From: a bacterium
Lineage (GTDB): Bacteria; UBA8248
Direction: 5' to 3'
NCBI GenBank assembly: GCA_965221165.1
Contig: CBDCRP010000002.1
Location: forward strand, 1,024,001 to 1,088,000
DNA: 64,000 nt
Positions 10,270 to 19,077 of this stretch are shown one piece after another. Position 1 is the first letter of the stretch. Each line of letters starts with the position of its first letter. The position numbers and the translations under genes were made by a program. The notes below the pieces were generated by a model. That model had not been told where the DNA came from. It made no database searches and saw nothing but the letters and a program-made list of their open reading frames with translations.

Positions 10270-11451
10270 TCAGGAAGCGGCGTCCGCAAACACCTGCGAA
10301 GCGGCTCCGACACCATCTCCAGCCTTTGTAATATACCCTAATCTGGAGAAAATCACCTCCAGCGCCGAGAGAAGGTAGACCACGTTCGCCTGGGTGGCCC
10401 CGTGGCCCATCATTCCGACCCGCCATATCTTGCCGGCCACTGCGCCCAGGCCGCCGCCGATCTCGATGTTGAAGTCATTGAGCAGGCTCTTGCGAACGGC
10501 GGCGTCATCCATGCCCTCTTTCAAAGTAATGGTGTTGAGCGTGGGCGTGCGCGCGCCTTCTTGCGCGAACATGGACATCCCGAGCGCCTCCACACCCGCT
10601 TGAAGCGCCTTGCTCGTCAGGGCGTGTCTCTGAAAGCGCGCCTCCAAACCCTCATCGAAGATGATGCGCAGCGCTTCTCTGATCGCATAGTTCATCGTAA
10701 TGGGGCCGGTGTGGTGATAGACGCGCTCGTTGCCCCAGTATTTCTCGACCATGCTCACGTCGAAATACCAGCTCGTGACCTTGGATTTTCGCTCGCGCAC
10801 CTTGCCGAGCGCGCGTTCGCTGAAGGTGATGGGCGCAACCCCAGGTGGGCAGGCCAGGCATTTCTGCGTGCCGCTGTAGGCGATCTCCACCCCCCATTTG
10901 TCGAGTTCCACGGGCACGCCGCCCAGGGAGGTGACGCAGTCGAGCAGCAAGAGCGCGCCGTGCTCGCGGCACATCGCGCCGATTTCCTCCATCGGCTGGA
11001 GCACGCCCGTGCTCGTTTCCGCGTGGACGACCCCGACCATCACGGCGTCGGGGTTCGCATCGAGGGCCGCCTTCACGTCCCGGGGGTCGATGGGCTTGCC
11101 CCACGGGGCCTCCACGGTGACGACCTCCGCCCCGTAGCGCGCGGCCACATCGCTCATCCGCCCGCCGAACACGCCGTTCACGCAGATGATGGCCTTGTCC
11201 CCAGGTTCGATGATGTTGCAGACCGAAGCCTCCATCGCGGCACTGCCCGTGCCCGATACGGGGAACGTCACCTGGTTCTCGGTGTTGAAAAGCTCGCGCA
11301 GCATCCCCTGGCAATCGTCCATCACCGCGAGGAAATCGGGGTCCAGATGCCCCACCACGTGGGTGCTCATGGCTTTCAGGATTCTCGGGTGAACCGGGCT
11401 CGGCCCCGGCCCCAGCAACAAACGCAAATGCGGATTCAACTCTCCAGACAA
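10270..11451 (-). CDS. Alanine-glyoxylate/serine-pyruvate aminotransferase (class V PLP enzyme)
   Basis: LLLGPGPS, VHAETSTGV, DCVTSLGG, SGTQKCL (PLP lysine) and YHHT. TTG start at 11451 is inferred. Confidence 0.92.
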   Translation of the reverse strand: MSGELNPHLRLLLGPGPSPVHPRILKAMSTHVVGHLDPDFLAVMDDCQGMLRELFNTENQVTFPVSGTGSAAMEASVCNIIEPGDKAIICVNGVFGGRMSDVAARYGAEVVTVEAPWGKPIDPRDVKAALDANPDAVMVGVVHAETSTGVLQPMEEIGAMCREHGALLLLDCVTSLGGVPVELDKWGVEIAYSGTQKCLACPPGVAPITFSERALGKVRERKSKVTSWYFDVSMVEKYWGNERVYHHTGPITMNYAIREALRIIFDEGLEARFQRHALTSKALQAGVEALGMSMFAQEGARTPTLNTITLKEGMDDAAVRKSLLNDFNIEIGGGLGAVAGKIWRVGMMGHGATQANVVYLLSALEVIFSRLGYITKAGDGVGAASQVFADAAS

Positions 11452-11654
11452 GACTTTTCCCTCGCTCGAATCAAGTTTTTGGAATGGATGAGAAGCCTCT
11501 GACCCTCTCACTCGGCCTCTCGTTCCGAAATACGACCGCGAGATACTACCATACGGCCCAACCACCGCAAAGGGGGGTGGGGGGTGGATGGGAGCGCTTC
11601 GTTATTTCGTGGAAATGAGAAGACATGCGAGAGACCGTTCCTGGAAAAAGAGTT

Positions 11655-11684
11655 TGACAAACATTCTTGTGAAAACCTAATGTG
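11655..11684 (+). promoter_or_regulatory. Sigma70-like promoter candidate for the small membrane protein gene
   Basis: Perfect TTGACA at 11655 and TAATGT 18 bp downstream. Confidence 0.35.
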
Positions 11685-11736
11685 GGGAACTGGCATACAA
11701 CCTGGAAGAAAAGAGAACTTTTTAAGGAACGGAAAA

Positions 11737-12015
11737 ATGACCGAATTCGAGATAGCGACCCTGGCCGTACAAAAATCCATGCTGGCATTGCAGAAATCGG
11801 CGCTGGTATTACAGGAATCTGCGCTCATGGCGCAATACGCAGGCGTATGGGTTGCCGGTGCGGTGGGATTCGCGCAATGCGCGCTTATCGGCGCCGGCCT
11901 TTTGTTCATGCGTCGCGCGGCGGATACGCGGGACAAGGCGCTGGACATACTCATCAAACAAACGGAGGACAATGGCCTGGCGCTGCGAACCCTTATCGCG
12001 CGAACGGCGAAGTAG
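11737..12015 (+). CDS. Small hypothetical single-TM protein with N-terminal heptad repeats
   Basis: AAGGA RBS; MTEFEIATLAVQKSMLALQKSALVLQESALMAQ followed by a hydrophobic segment and a helical tail. Confidence 0.65.
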   Translation: MTEFEIATLAVQKSMLALQKSALVLQESALMAQYAGVWVAGAVGFAQCALIGAGLLFMRRAADTRDKALDILIKQTEDNGLALRTLIARTAK

Positions 12016-12135
12016 AACCGGCATCAGCGTCATCTGGACAAGAATTCCGCTAAACCACCTAATTTCTCGCCTCACCTGCCAGCGGCGTTTCGGGCTACCG
12101 GGATGCCGGCGTACTCATGCTCGGCGCGCCCGCCC

Positions 12136-12639
12136 CTACTCCCCGTCCAGCGCGATGTTGTCGTAGTCGGGTATGGCGCCCATGCCCTTCTTGGCGGCCA
12201 TGGATTTACGCTCGTATTCCATCACCAGTTCCCCGCGCTGGTTATAGGCGCGCGTCTTGATGGTGACGATTCCGCAATCGGGCCTGCTCTTCGATTCGCG
12301 CTTGTCCAGAATCTCCGATTCCGAATAAAGCGTATCGCCCGCGAAGACGGGCGCGGGCATCTTGATGTAGGTCCACTCCAGGTTCGCCACCGAGCGGTAG
12401 GAGGTGTCGGTGACCGTCATGCCGGCCACGACGGCGAGAGTCAGCGCCGAGTTGACGAGCGGTTTCCCGAACTGGGTCTTGGACGCATAGTGGGCGTCGA
12501 AATGAATCGGGTGGGTGTTGTTCGTCAGCAGGGTGAACCAGGTGTTGTCCGATTCGAGTATGGTGCGGCCCGGCCTGTGCTTGATGACCTCGCCCACCAC
12601 GAAATCCTCATACCAGCGTCCCATCTGAAAATCAGGCAT
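12136..12639 (-). CDS. MaoC-family dehydratase
   Basis: GRWYEDF, GRTILESDN, HPIHFD and PVFAGDTL motifs. Confidence 0.92.
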   Translation of the reverse strand: MPDFQMGRWYEDFVVGEVIKHRPGRTILESDNTWFTLLTNNTHPIHFDAHYASKTQFGKPLVNSALTLAVVAGMTVTDTSYRSVANLEWTYIKMPAPVFAGDTLYSESEILDKRESKSRPDCGIVTIKTRAYNQRGELVMEYERKSMAAKKGMGAIPDYDNIALDGE

Positions 12640-12738
12640 CTTCCTTCTCCTCGTTACGCGCCCACCTACCCCCAGGCGCGGGACGGCGGTTCGCCCTTTC
12701 GGCGACTAACGTCTCTTTTCTCTCCAACAACCCCCCGT

Positions 12739-13890
12739 CTAGGCGGGGTATCGCTCCAGAAGCCTCTTGGCGATGATGAGGCGCTGAATCTCGTTCGATC
12801 CCTCGCCCACCACCAGGAGTTTCGAGTCCCGGAAATAACGCTCCACCGGCAACTCCTGGATGTAGCCCATGCCGCCGTGCACCTGAATGGCCTCGCTCGC
12901 GCAGAACTCCGCCGTCTCGGACGCAAAGAACTTGGCCATGCCAGCTTCCAGGTCGCATCGCTTGCCCTGGGCCTTCAGGTTCGCCGCGTGGTAGGTCATG
13001 AGCTTCGCCGCGTGGATGCGCGTTCCCATCTCGGCGAGTTTCGCCTGGATCAGCTGATGGCCCGCCAGCGGCTTGCCGAAGGTCTCGCGCTGCTGGGAAT
13101 AGCGCATCGAATCCTCAAACGCCGCCCGCGCGAGCCCCACGCTGCGCGCCGCCACGTTGACGCGGCCGCCCTCCAAAGCGCTCATGATCATCGGAAAACC
13201 CTCGTTCTCTTGGCCCAAGAGGTTTTCGAGCGGCACGCGCGCGTCCTCGAACACCAGTTCGCTCGTGCGGATGCCCCGGTAGCCCATCTTCTTGAGATGC
13301 CGGCTCACCTGAAAGCCGGGCGTTCCCTTGTGAACGAGGATACAGGAGATGCCCTTCGTCTTGGGTTTCTCGGGATCGGTGCGCGCGAACACGCTGAACA
13401 TCGTGCCGTGCTCGGCGTTCGAGATGAACATCTTCGATCCGTTCATCACCCACTGGTCGTCCTGGCGCACCGCGCGTGTCTTGAGAGCGGCGGCGTCAGA
13501 ACCCGAACCCGGCTCGGTGAGCGCCATGCCCGAGTGCCACTCGCCGGTGGCCATTTTCGGCAGGTAGGTCTTTTTCTGCTCATCCGTTCCGTAGTTCAGA
13601 AGCATCCAGGCGGTCATCATGTGCGTGCCCAGGATGCCCGCCACGCTCATCCACCCCACGGACAGCTCCTCCATGGCGATGGCGTAGCAAACCTCGTCCA
13701 TGCCGCTTCCGCCGTATTCCTCGGGTATCGTGAAGCCGAAAAAGCCGAGTTCCTGCATCTTCTCCACGGCGGGCGTGGGGTATTTATCGGCGAGTTCGTA
13801 TTCCATGGCGATGGGCATGACCTCGCGATCCACGAAATCCTTCATCATCCGCTGAACGCTCATCTGTAATTCGGTGAACTGGAAATCCAA
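12739..13890 (-). CDS. Acyl-CoA dehydrogenase
   Basis: ALTEPGSGSD, NGSKMFISN, QVHGGMGY and VGEGSNEIQR motifs. Confidence 0.95.
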   Translation of the reverse strand: MDFQFTELQMSVQRMMKDFVDREVMPIAMEYELADKYPTPAVEKMQELGFFGFTIPEEYGGSGMDEVCYAIAMEELSVGWMSVAGILGTHMMTAWMLLNYGTDEQKKTYLPKMATGEWHSGMALTEPGSGSDAAALKTRAVRQDDQWVMNGSKMFISNAEHGTMFSVFARTDPEKPKTKGISCILVHKGTPGFQVSRHLKKMGYRGIRTSELVFEDARVPLENLLGQENEGFPMIMSALEGGRVNVAARSVGLARAAFEDSMRYSQQRETFGKPLAGHQLIQAKLAEMGTRIHAAKLMTYHAANLKAQGKRCDLEAGMAKFFASETAEFCASEAIQVHGGMGYIQELPVERYFRDSKLLVVGEGSNEIQRLIIAKRLLERYPA

Positions 13891-13936
13891 GGGATGTTTC
13901 CTCCTGAAATGGAATGGCCGGAATTTCCGCCGGGTA

Positions 13937-15115
13937 TTAAATCACTCCGCCGCGGCGCAAGGCCGCCGTCTCTTCAGAAGAATAGCCGAGAGCCTCGAGC
14001 ACTTCTTCGGTATGCGCGCTCAGCCCCGGCGGGTGTTCGAGCTTGGGCGTCATCTCGCTGAATTTCACCGGAAAACGGCACATCTTCAAACTCCCGTATT
14101 CGCCTTCCACCTCGGAGAAAATCTCTCGGTGCGCCGTCTGGGGATGATCGCACACCTCGCCCAAATCGTTCACCGCCCCGCAGGGAACGCCCGCCTCCAA
14201 AAAAATCCGCCGCCACTCCTCGCGCTCTTTCGTGGCGAGAATCGGCAGTACCTGCGCAAGCAGCGCGTCCTTGTTCTCGTGCCTGTCCGCGTTGGTCGCG
14301 AAACGCGGGTCGTCCACCCATTCGGGGTGTCCGAGCACACCTGCGAACAGCCGCCAGGTGTTTTCGTTTCCGCACGCGACGCCGATGAGCTTTCCCCCCT
14401 TGGCGGGGTAGGCCCCGTAGGGCGCGAGAAAATGATGCCCCACTCCTACGCGGCTCGGCTTCTTGCCGTGCAAGTGATAGAGAAAATGGAAATAGCCCTG
14501 CATGCTCACCATGCAGTCGAACATCGAGACGTCCAACTCCTGGCCCTCGCCCGTGCGGTCGCGCTGCCTGAGGGCCATCATCGCGCCCAGGGCCACGAAA
14601 AGCCCCGTAACCCCGTCGCAGATGGAATGGGCCATCTTGGCGGGCGATTCGGGCGGCCCCGTCATCTCCATGATGCCCGCTTCCGCCTGGATGAGGCCGT
14701 CGAACGCCTTCATGTCGCGGTAGGGGCCGTCCTGCCCGTACCCGGAAGTGTGGATATAGATGATGTCGGGCTTTATCTTCTTCACTTCCTCATAAGCGAA
14801 CCCGAGCCTGTCGATAGCGCCGGGACTGAAGTTTTCGAGAAAAACGTCCGCACCCTCGAGCATTTCCCCTAATATCTTCTTGCCGCGTTCGTCTTTCAGG
14901 TTGAGCGTCACGCTCTTCTTGTTGGGGTTCACCCAGAAATGCACCGCTCCCTCGCCGAAGACTTCCTTGTCCCAGAGGCGGACCATATCGCCCGTGCCGG
15001 GGACCTCGACCTTCAGGACCTCCGCGCCGAAATCGGCCAGATGGCGCAACCCCACCGGGCCGCTGATGGATACCCCCAGCGAAACGATTCGAACGCCATC
15101 GAGCGGAAGCGCCAT
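13937..15115 (-). CDS. CaiB/BaiF family III CoA-transferase
   Basis: PLDGVRI, LADFGAEVLKVE, NKKSVTLNLK, ENFSPG and GYGQDGPY..AFD motifs. Confidence 0.94.
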   Translation of the reverse strand: MALPLDGVRIVSLGVSISGPVGLRHLADFGAEVLKVEVPGTGDMVRLWDKEVFGEGAVHFWVNPNKKSVTLNLKDERGKKILGEMLEGADVFLENFSPGAIDRLGFAYEEVKKIKPDIIYIHTSGYGQDGPYRDMKAFDGLIQAEAGIMEMTGPPESPAKMAHSICDGVTGLFVALGAMMALRQRDRTGEGQELDVSMFDCMVSMQGYFHFLYHLHGKKPSRVGVGHHFLAPYGAYPAKGGKLIGVACGNENTWRLFAGVLGHPEWVDDPRFATNADRHENKDALLAQVLPILATKEREEWRRIFLEAGVPCGAVNDLGEVCDHPQTAHREIFSEVEGEYGSLKMCRFPVKFSEMTPKLEHPPGLSAHTEEVLEALGYSSEETAALRRGGVI

Positions 15116-15289
15116 TTTACGGCTCCCCGAAAAAGTGAGTTCCCTAAAGCGAGGCGGGGGACATGGCTACGTCCTGCGCTGGCCCCGGGCCCTCGCGGTT
15201 CAAGCGGTTTCTGGAAAATGTGTCCCTACGAAACCACGACAGGAGACATGACAATACACCATCGATTTCATGGATGACAAGGTGTGGTG

Positions 15290-15540
15290 GGTCAAACCCG
15301 ACCGGGGAGGGAGGGTTTGTCGCGATTGAAGAATGAGCGATTGCCGAACGAGGAGCGAGGGTTTGCGAGGGGGGTGTGGTTTTTAACGTCATTCCGGCGC
15401 ATTCCGGAATCCAGGGAATTTGTTTCTTGTGTTTTACCGTCCTTCCTGGCGAATGATAGAGAAATGGAATGCCACAATCTATCACCTGATCGGTTCTGGT
15501 CAACCTATCGGTTGCCACCAACATGCGCCGGAATGACGAT
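15290..15540 (+). repeat. Composite REP/REPIN-like element, copy 1
   Basis: GGTCAAACCCGACCG..GAGGGTTTG leader, then a ~150-bp unit bounded by CGTCATTCCGGCGCATTCCGGAATCCAG and CATGCGCCGGAATGACG. Similar to the reverse complement of 22780-22997. Confidence 0.75.
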
Positions 15541-15566
15541 AAAAGGCAACGGCGAGGTCTTCGAAA

Positions 15567-15923
15567 TCACTCCCCCGCCTCGTCGAGATAAGCCTGAAAA
15601 TCACCCGAGATCTGCGAGATGAAGGCCACCGCGCGATCGAGCGCGATGAATTCCATGTCCCCGGGGTCGTCGGCGACCTCCTCCTTCAGTTCCGTGAGCA
15701 CGTCGAGATACTCTTGGGCTCCCGGGCCTGCGGCGGTGTCTTTTTTCTCGCTCGGTTCAACTTCGGCCTCCACGAAATCCGCGAACGGCCCCACCTCGTA
15801 GGAGATGAAGCAAAACGCATGATACAGCGCCTTTTCCTCGATGCCGCCCTCGCCCTGCGCGTCTTTTCTGAGTTCGTTCAACTTCGCCAAAACGGGTTCG
15901 TGCTTCAACGGCCTCTCCTTCAT
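15567..15923 (-). CDS. Acidic hypothetical protein with an internal two-fold repeat
   Basis: Typical codon usage; the halves ALYHAFCFISYEVGPFADFV and ALDRAVAFISQISGDFQAYL align. The true start may be TTG 15908. Confidence 0.75.
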   Translation of the reverse strand: MKERPLKHEPVLAKLNELRKDAQGEGGIEEKALYHAFCFISYEVGPFADFVEAEVEPSEKKDTAAGPGAQEYLDVLTELKEEVADDPGDMEFIALDRAVAFISQISGDFQAYLDEAGE

Positions 15924-16102
15924 CCTGCTCGCCCAAGCGGCGTTTAATATGTGTTTCAGACAATAAAGGCTACCGAGGGCTTGTTAAAACAGCCTCCCGC
16001 CACTGACAGGGCGGGGTCCCCATACATCACGTGAACACAGGCTTCCGCGCAGGCCATATCCCCCCCCACATATTTCATAGGGGGCCACTACCTCAGGCCG
16101 TA

Positions 16103-17002
16103 TCAAAGCGCGCGGGCCTCCACGCCCGCCATGCGCTCGAGCACCTTGATGATGGCGATGTGGTCGAGTTCCCCCTCCCCGTTCGCCACGAGGGAGTTGA
16201 ATATCTGCGCCACGAGCGATGCGCCCGGCAGCGCGACTTCGCGCTCACGCGCCTGTTCCAGCGCGTAGCGCAAATCCTTCACGTGGCTCGTTATCTTGCC
16301 GCCGGGGGAAAAATCGCCCGAGAGAATCTTGGGCGCTTTCACCTCGAGCCCCCCGCAGCGCGCGAGGCCCGCTCCCATGACGTCCACAAGCGCTGCGGGG
16401 TCGAGACCGGCCTTGGCCCCGAACACGAGCGCCTCGCCCACGCCCAGGAACGTCACGGCCACCAGAATCTGGTTCGCGAGCTTGGCGATGCACCCCGAAC
16501 CCGCCGCCTCGCCCACGTGCACCACCTTCGCCCCCAGAGCGTCGAGCAGGGGTTTGCAGCGCGCAAATGTAGACGCTGGCCCCCCTACCATGATGGCGAG
16601 CGTCCCTCCCGCCGCACCCTCGGGCGCACCCGACACCGGCGCGTCGAGCATGCCCACGCCCCTCTCCGAGAGAGCCTCTGCAACGCGTGCCGCACAGGCC
16701 GGGTCGTTGCTCGTGCAGTCCACCAGAACGCTTCCGGGCCGCATGGCGCCCAAGAGTCCATTATCCCCGAACACCACGTCCTCGACGTGGGGCGCGTCGG
16801 GCAGCATGGTGAAGACTACTTCCGCATTCGCCGCCGCCTCGGCGGGCGAATCGCAGGCCCTTGCGCCCTCGCTCGCGATTTCATCCACGGGCGGGCGGCT
16901 GCGGCTCGATACCGCAAGCGGATGCCCCGCCGCCAGAAACCGCCGCGCCATCGGCTTTCCCATCAAACCCAGTCCCACGAACCCAACCGCAACCTTGGAC
17001 AT
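16103..17002 (-). CDS. 2-hydroxy-3-oxopropionate reductase-like beta-hydroxyacid dehydrogenase
   Basis: GFVGLGLMG, LDAPVSG, IMVGG and AKLANQ motifs; GAGGAGGAG RBS before ATG 17002. Confidence 0.92.
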   Translation of the reverse strand: MSKVAVGFVGLGLMGKPMARRFLAAGHPLAVSSRSRPPVDEIASEGARACDSPAEAAANAEVVFTMLPDAPHVEDVVFGDNGLLGAMRPGSVLVDCTSNDPACAARVAEALSERGVGMLDAPVSGAPEGAAGGTLAIMVGGPASTFARCKPLLDALGAKVVHVGEAAGSGCIAKLANQILVAVTFLGVGEALVFGAKAGLDPAALVDVMGAGLARCGGLEVKAPKILSGDFSPGGKITSHVKDLRYALEQAREREVALPGASLVAQIFNSLVANGEGELDHIAIIKVLERMAGVEARAL

Positions 17003-17107
17003 CTCCTCCTCCCGGTGATGCGTAAGCGATCTTTTCGGGATGATAGGGCAACCGGCCGGGTGAAACAAATGAAGGAGCATGGTTCTATCGGGGCCATTCG
17101 CGAATGT

Positions 17108-17412
17108 GGGCGGACACACAGGTCCGCCCCTACAAAATCAATCTCCCCACCTTCAAAATCTACCACTTCGTCATTCCCGCGAAAGCCGGAATCCAGGCGG
17201 ACGAGAAACGCATCTGTTCTGGTCAACCTCGCGGTTGCCACCGGCATGCGCCGGAATGACGGTGTAAAATCCCGCCTTGGCCGGAACGACGGCGTTTTAT
17301 ATCCCCCCTACGGATGGTCGGGAGAGAGGGAGGCGTAAAGGCGGGTCGCATATATGCGTGGCAGACATATATGTCCGCCCCTACAAAATCAATCCCTACC
17401 GGGGAGGGAGGC
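17108..17412. repeat. Mosaic of GTAG-foot REP palindromes and a short GTCATTCC-type REPIN
   Basis: GGGCGGACACACAGGTCCGCCCCTAC (17108-17133), CGTCATTCCCGCGAAAGCCGGAATCC..CATGCGCCGGAATGACG (17169-17261), GGCAGACATATATGTCCGCCCCTAC (17360-17384), TCAATCCCTACCGG (17389). Confidence 0.75.
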
Positions 17413-17441
17413 ATTGCGGAATAACGAACGAAACGAGGTAG

Positions 17442-18818
17442 CTAGAACTGCCGCACGAAGCGGAGTTCGGCGCGGGTGCGCTTGTAGTCGTAAAGCTGCG
17501 CGTTGGACTCGCGCTGCTCGTTCACCACGACGAGCTGCGGACTGAAGCCGAAGGTCGTGAAGGCGCGGCTGAAGATGGAGGCGCTGTATATGAGCACCTC
17601 GTCCTCGCGCGATGAGCCGTCGCGGACGTAGGGAAACCAGCGGCCCTGGTAGTCCGTCGTGCGAAGCTCCGCGCTCCCGCCCAGGGTGAGGCCGAAGGGC
17701 AGGGCCACCGAGGCGCCCAGGCGTCCCCACTGGGTCCTGTGGCGCCAGACGACCGATTTCGTGTCTACTTCTCCGTAGCCGAGCGCGCCCCGGGCCACCA
17801 GGGTCGGCTTGAGCACCCAGGAACCCGCCAGCGCGAGGGAGAGTTGCGGCCCGTCGAGCAGGGTGTCGCGCTCATACATGTGCTCGTGCCAGGAGGCGTA
17901 CCCGGTCAGGAGGACCCGGCGCGTGAGGCGGTGTTTGACTTCGAGGTTCGCGCCGAGTTCGTGGCTGTAGACGCGGCCGCCGGTCCTGCGCTGGCGCGCG
18001 CTGGCGAGCAGGCTCGTCTCCGTTTTGGGCGATATCCACCAGCGCGGCCCGGCGTGGAGAGAAACCGTCATCTGGTCGAACTCGTCGTTCTTGTATTCGC
18101 GGGTGGAGAAATCCGCCCCCAGGCGAAGGCGCACGCGCTTGCCCAGGGGGTGCTGGTACTCCCCTCCGCCCCAGAAGATGAAGCCCACGCCCGAGCTTTC
18201 GCCCGTGAAATTGTTGCGGCGGAAGGGCAGGTCGTAGATGTAGATGATCTCCGAATCAGACGCAGCGGAGATGTTCGTGTCCGGCGCGAGGGAAAAACCG
18301 AAGTGCGCCTGCCAGCGCCTGCGCGCCCGCATGAGCCTTATAAAGCGATTGATGTTCGCCACCATCGCCTTGGGCGGCTTGCCGGCGAGGACGCGCTCGA
18401 AGTGCCCGCGCGCGAGGTCGTCCTCTCTCTTGTAGAAGAACGCGCGCGCGAGTTCGAGCCTGACGCGCACCAGACCGGGCCTCGCGATGAGGATACTCCT
18501 GAGCGCGGCGATAGCCTCATCGAGCAGGGCGAGTTTTTCCTTCTCCCCGGCAGGGGGCAGGCGCCTCGACGCCTCGATGGCCGAAAGGCCCAGGAGGAAG
18601 AGAACGTCCGTCCTGTCGGCGCGCTCCGCAGACGCCTTCGCGATGGGGCGCAGGATTTTAAGCGCCTCGGTGTAGCGGCGCTGTTTCACCAGCCCGCGCG
18701 CGGCCTTGACCTTGGGGTCTTTCGAGAGGTGCGAGCGCGCAGCGAAGGCCTCCTGGGCCGTGAGGTGCGCGAGCATAATAAGCGTGATGAAGAAGATGAG
18801 CGATAAGGATTTTTTCAT
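17442..18818 (-). CDS. Slam/DUF560 outer-membrane protein (surface lipoprotein assembly modifier, type XI secretion)
   Basis: Signal peptide, TPR region (PGLVRVRLELARAFF...ARGHFERVL), SLAPDTNI, beta-strand-rich C-terminus ending RESNAQLYDYKRTRAELRFVRQF. Adjacent to a TbpB-barrel lipoprotein gene. Confidence 0.85.
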   Translation of the reverse strand: MKKSLSLIFFITLIMLAHLTAQEAFAARSHLSKDPKVKAARGLVKQRRYTEALKILRPIAKASAERADRTDVLFLLGLSAIEASRRLPPAGEKEKLALLDEAIAALRSILIARPGLVRVRLELARAFFYKREDDLARGHFERVLAGKPPKAMVANINRFIRLMRARRRWQAHFGFSLAPDTNISAASDSEIIYIYDLPFRRNNFTGESSGVGFIFWGGGEYQHPLGKRVRLRLGADFSTREYKNDEFDQMTVSLHAGPRWWISPKTETSLLASARQRRTGGRVYSHELGANLEVKHRLTRRVLLTGYASWHEHMYERDTLLDGPQLSLALAGSWVLKPTLVARGALGYGEVDTKSVVWRHRTQWGRLGASVALPFGLTLGGSAELRTTDYQGRWFPYVRDGSSREDEVLIYSASIFSRAFTTFGFSPQLVVVNEQRESNAQLYDYKRTRAELRFVRQF

Positions 18819-18861
18819 GGCTTACGACGCGGGATGAGCGCACTCCCCTCCGGAGTTCCCG

Positions 18862-18935
18862 CCTGTGTCTCCCCTCGTGTGGAGAACCTCGAGTCTATTT
18901 CCTGCGTCTCCCCTCGTGTGGAGAGCTTGAGTCAA
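18862..18935. repeat. 39-bp direct tandem repeat, 2 copies
   Basis: CCTGTGTCTCCCCTCGTGTGGAGAACCTCGAGTC and CCTGCGTCTCCCCTCGTGTGGAGAGCTTGAGTC. Confidence 0.8.
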
Positions 18936-18981
18936 ATCTTTTGTTTCCGGAATCAGGAGCAGGTGAAGTGCAGCCACTTGC

Positions 18982-19016
18982 AAAACACGGGGAAGGCGAC
19001 CCGGAGGCCGCCTTCC
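18982..19016 (-). terminator. Stem-loop (terminator or stability hairpin) between lipoprotein and Slam genes
   Basis: Minus strand reads GGAAGGCGGCC-TCCG-GGTCGCCTTCC then CCGTGTTTT. Confidence 0.6.
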
Positions 19017-19077
19017 TGTACCTGCCCGTTATTCTATCCCCGAATTGCGGGGGTGTTTCTCTTGCTGCTTGCTGCTT

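Noticed and set aside
12088-12108. 21-bp near-identity with 50835-50855 (TTTCGGGCTACCGG(G/A)ATGCCG) as att sites bounding a 39-kb island
   Set aside because: The interval contains core genes (rpmB, rpmG, addAB) and no recombinase. It is more likely another short repeat at gene 3' ends.
12055-12110. Integron attC site after the small membrane protein gene
   Set aside because: Only a left-half resemblance (CACCTAAT..CTCACCTG) is present, with no complementary right half ending in GTTRRRY and no integrase.
12103-13869. Long antisense or alternative-frame ORFs (e.g. 12103-13869 +, 1311-2981 -, 16031-17338 +, 42904-44100 -)
   Set aside because: They are shadow ORFs of real genes in GC-rich DNA, with Arg/Ala/Gly-rich composition and no motifs.
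18822-18983. Short minus-strand ORF with two LHTRGD (RGD) motifs
   Set aside because: It arises from the 39-bp duplication, has no RBS, and starts at the terminator tail.
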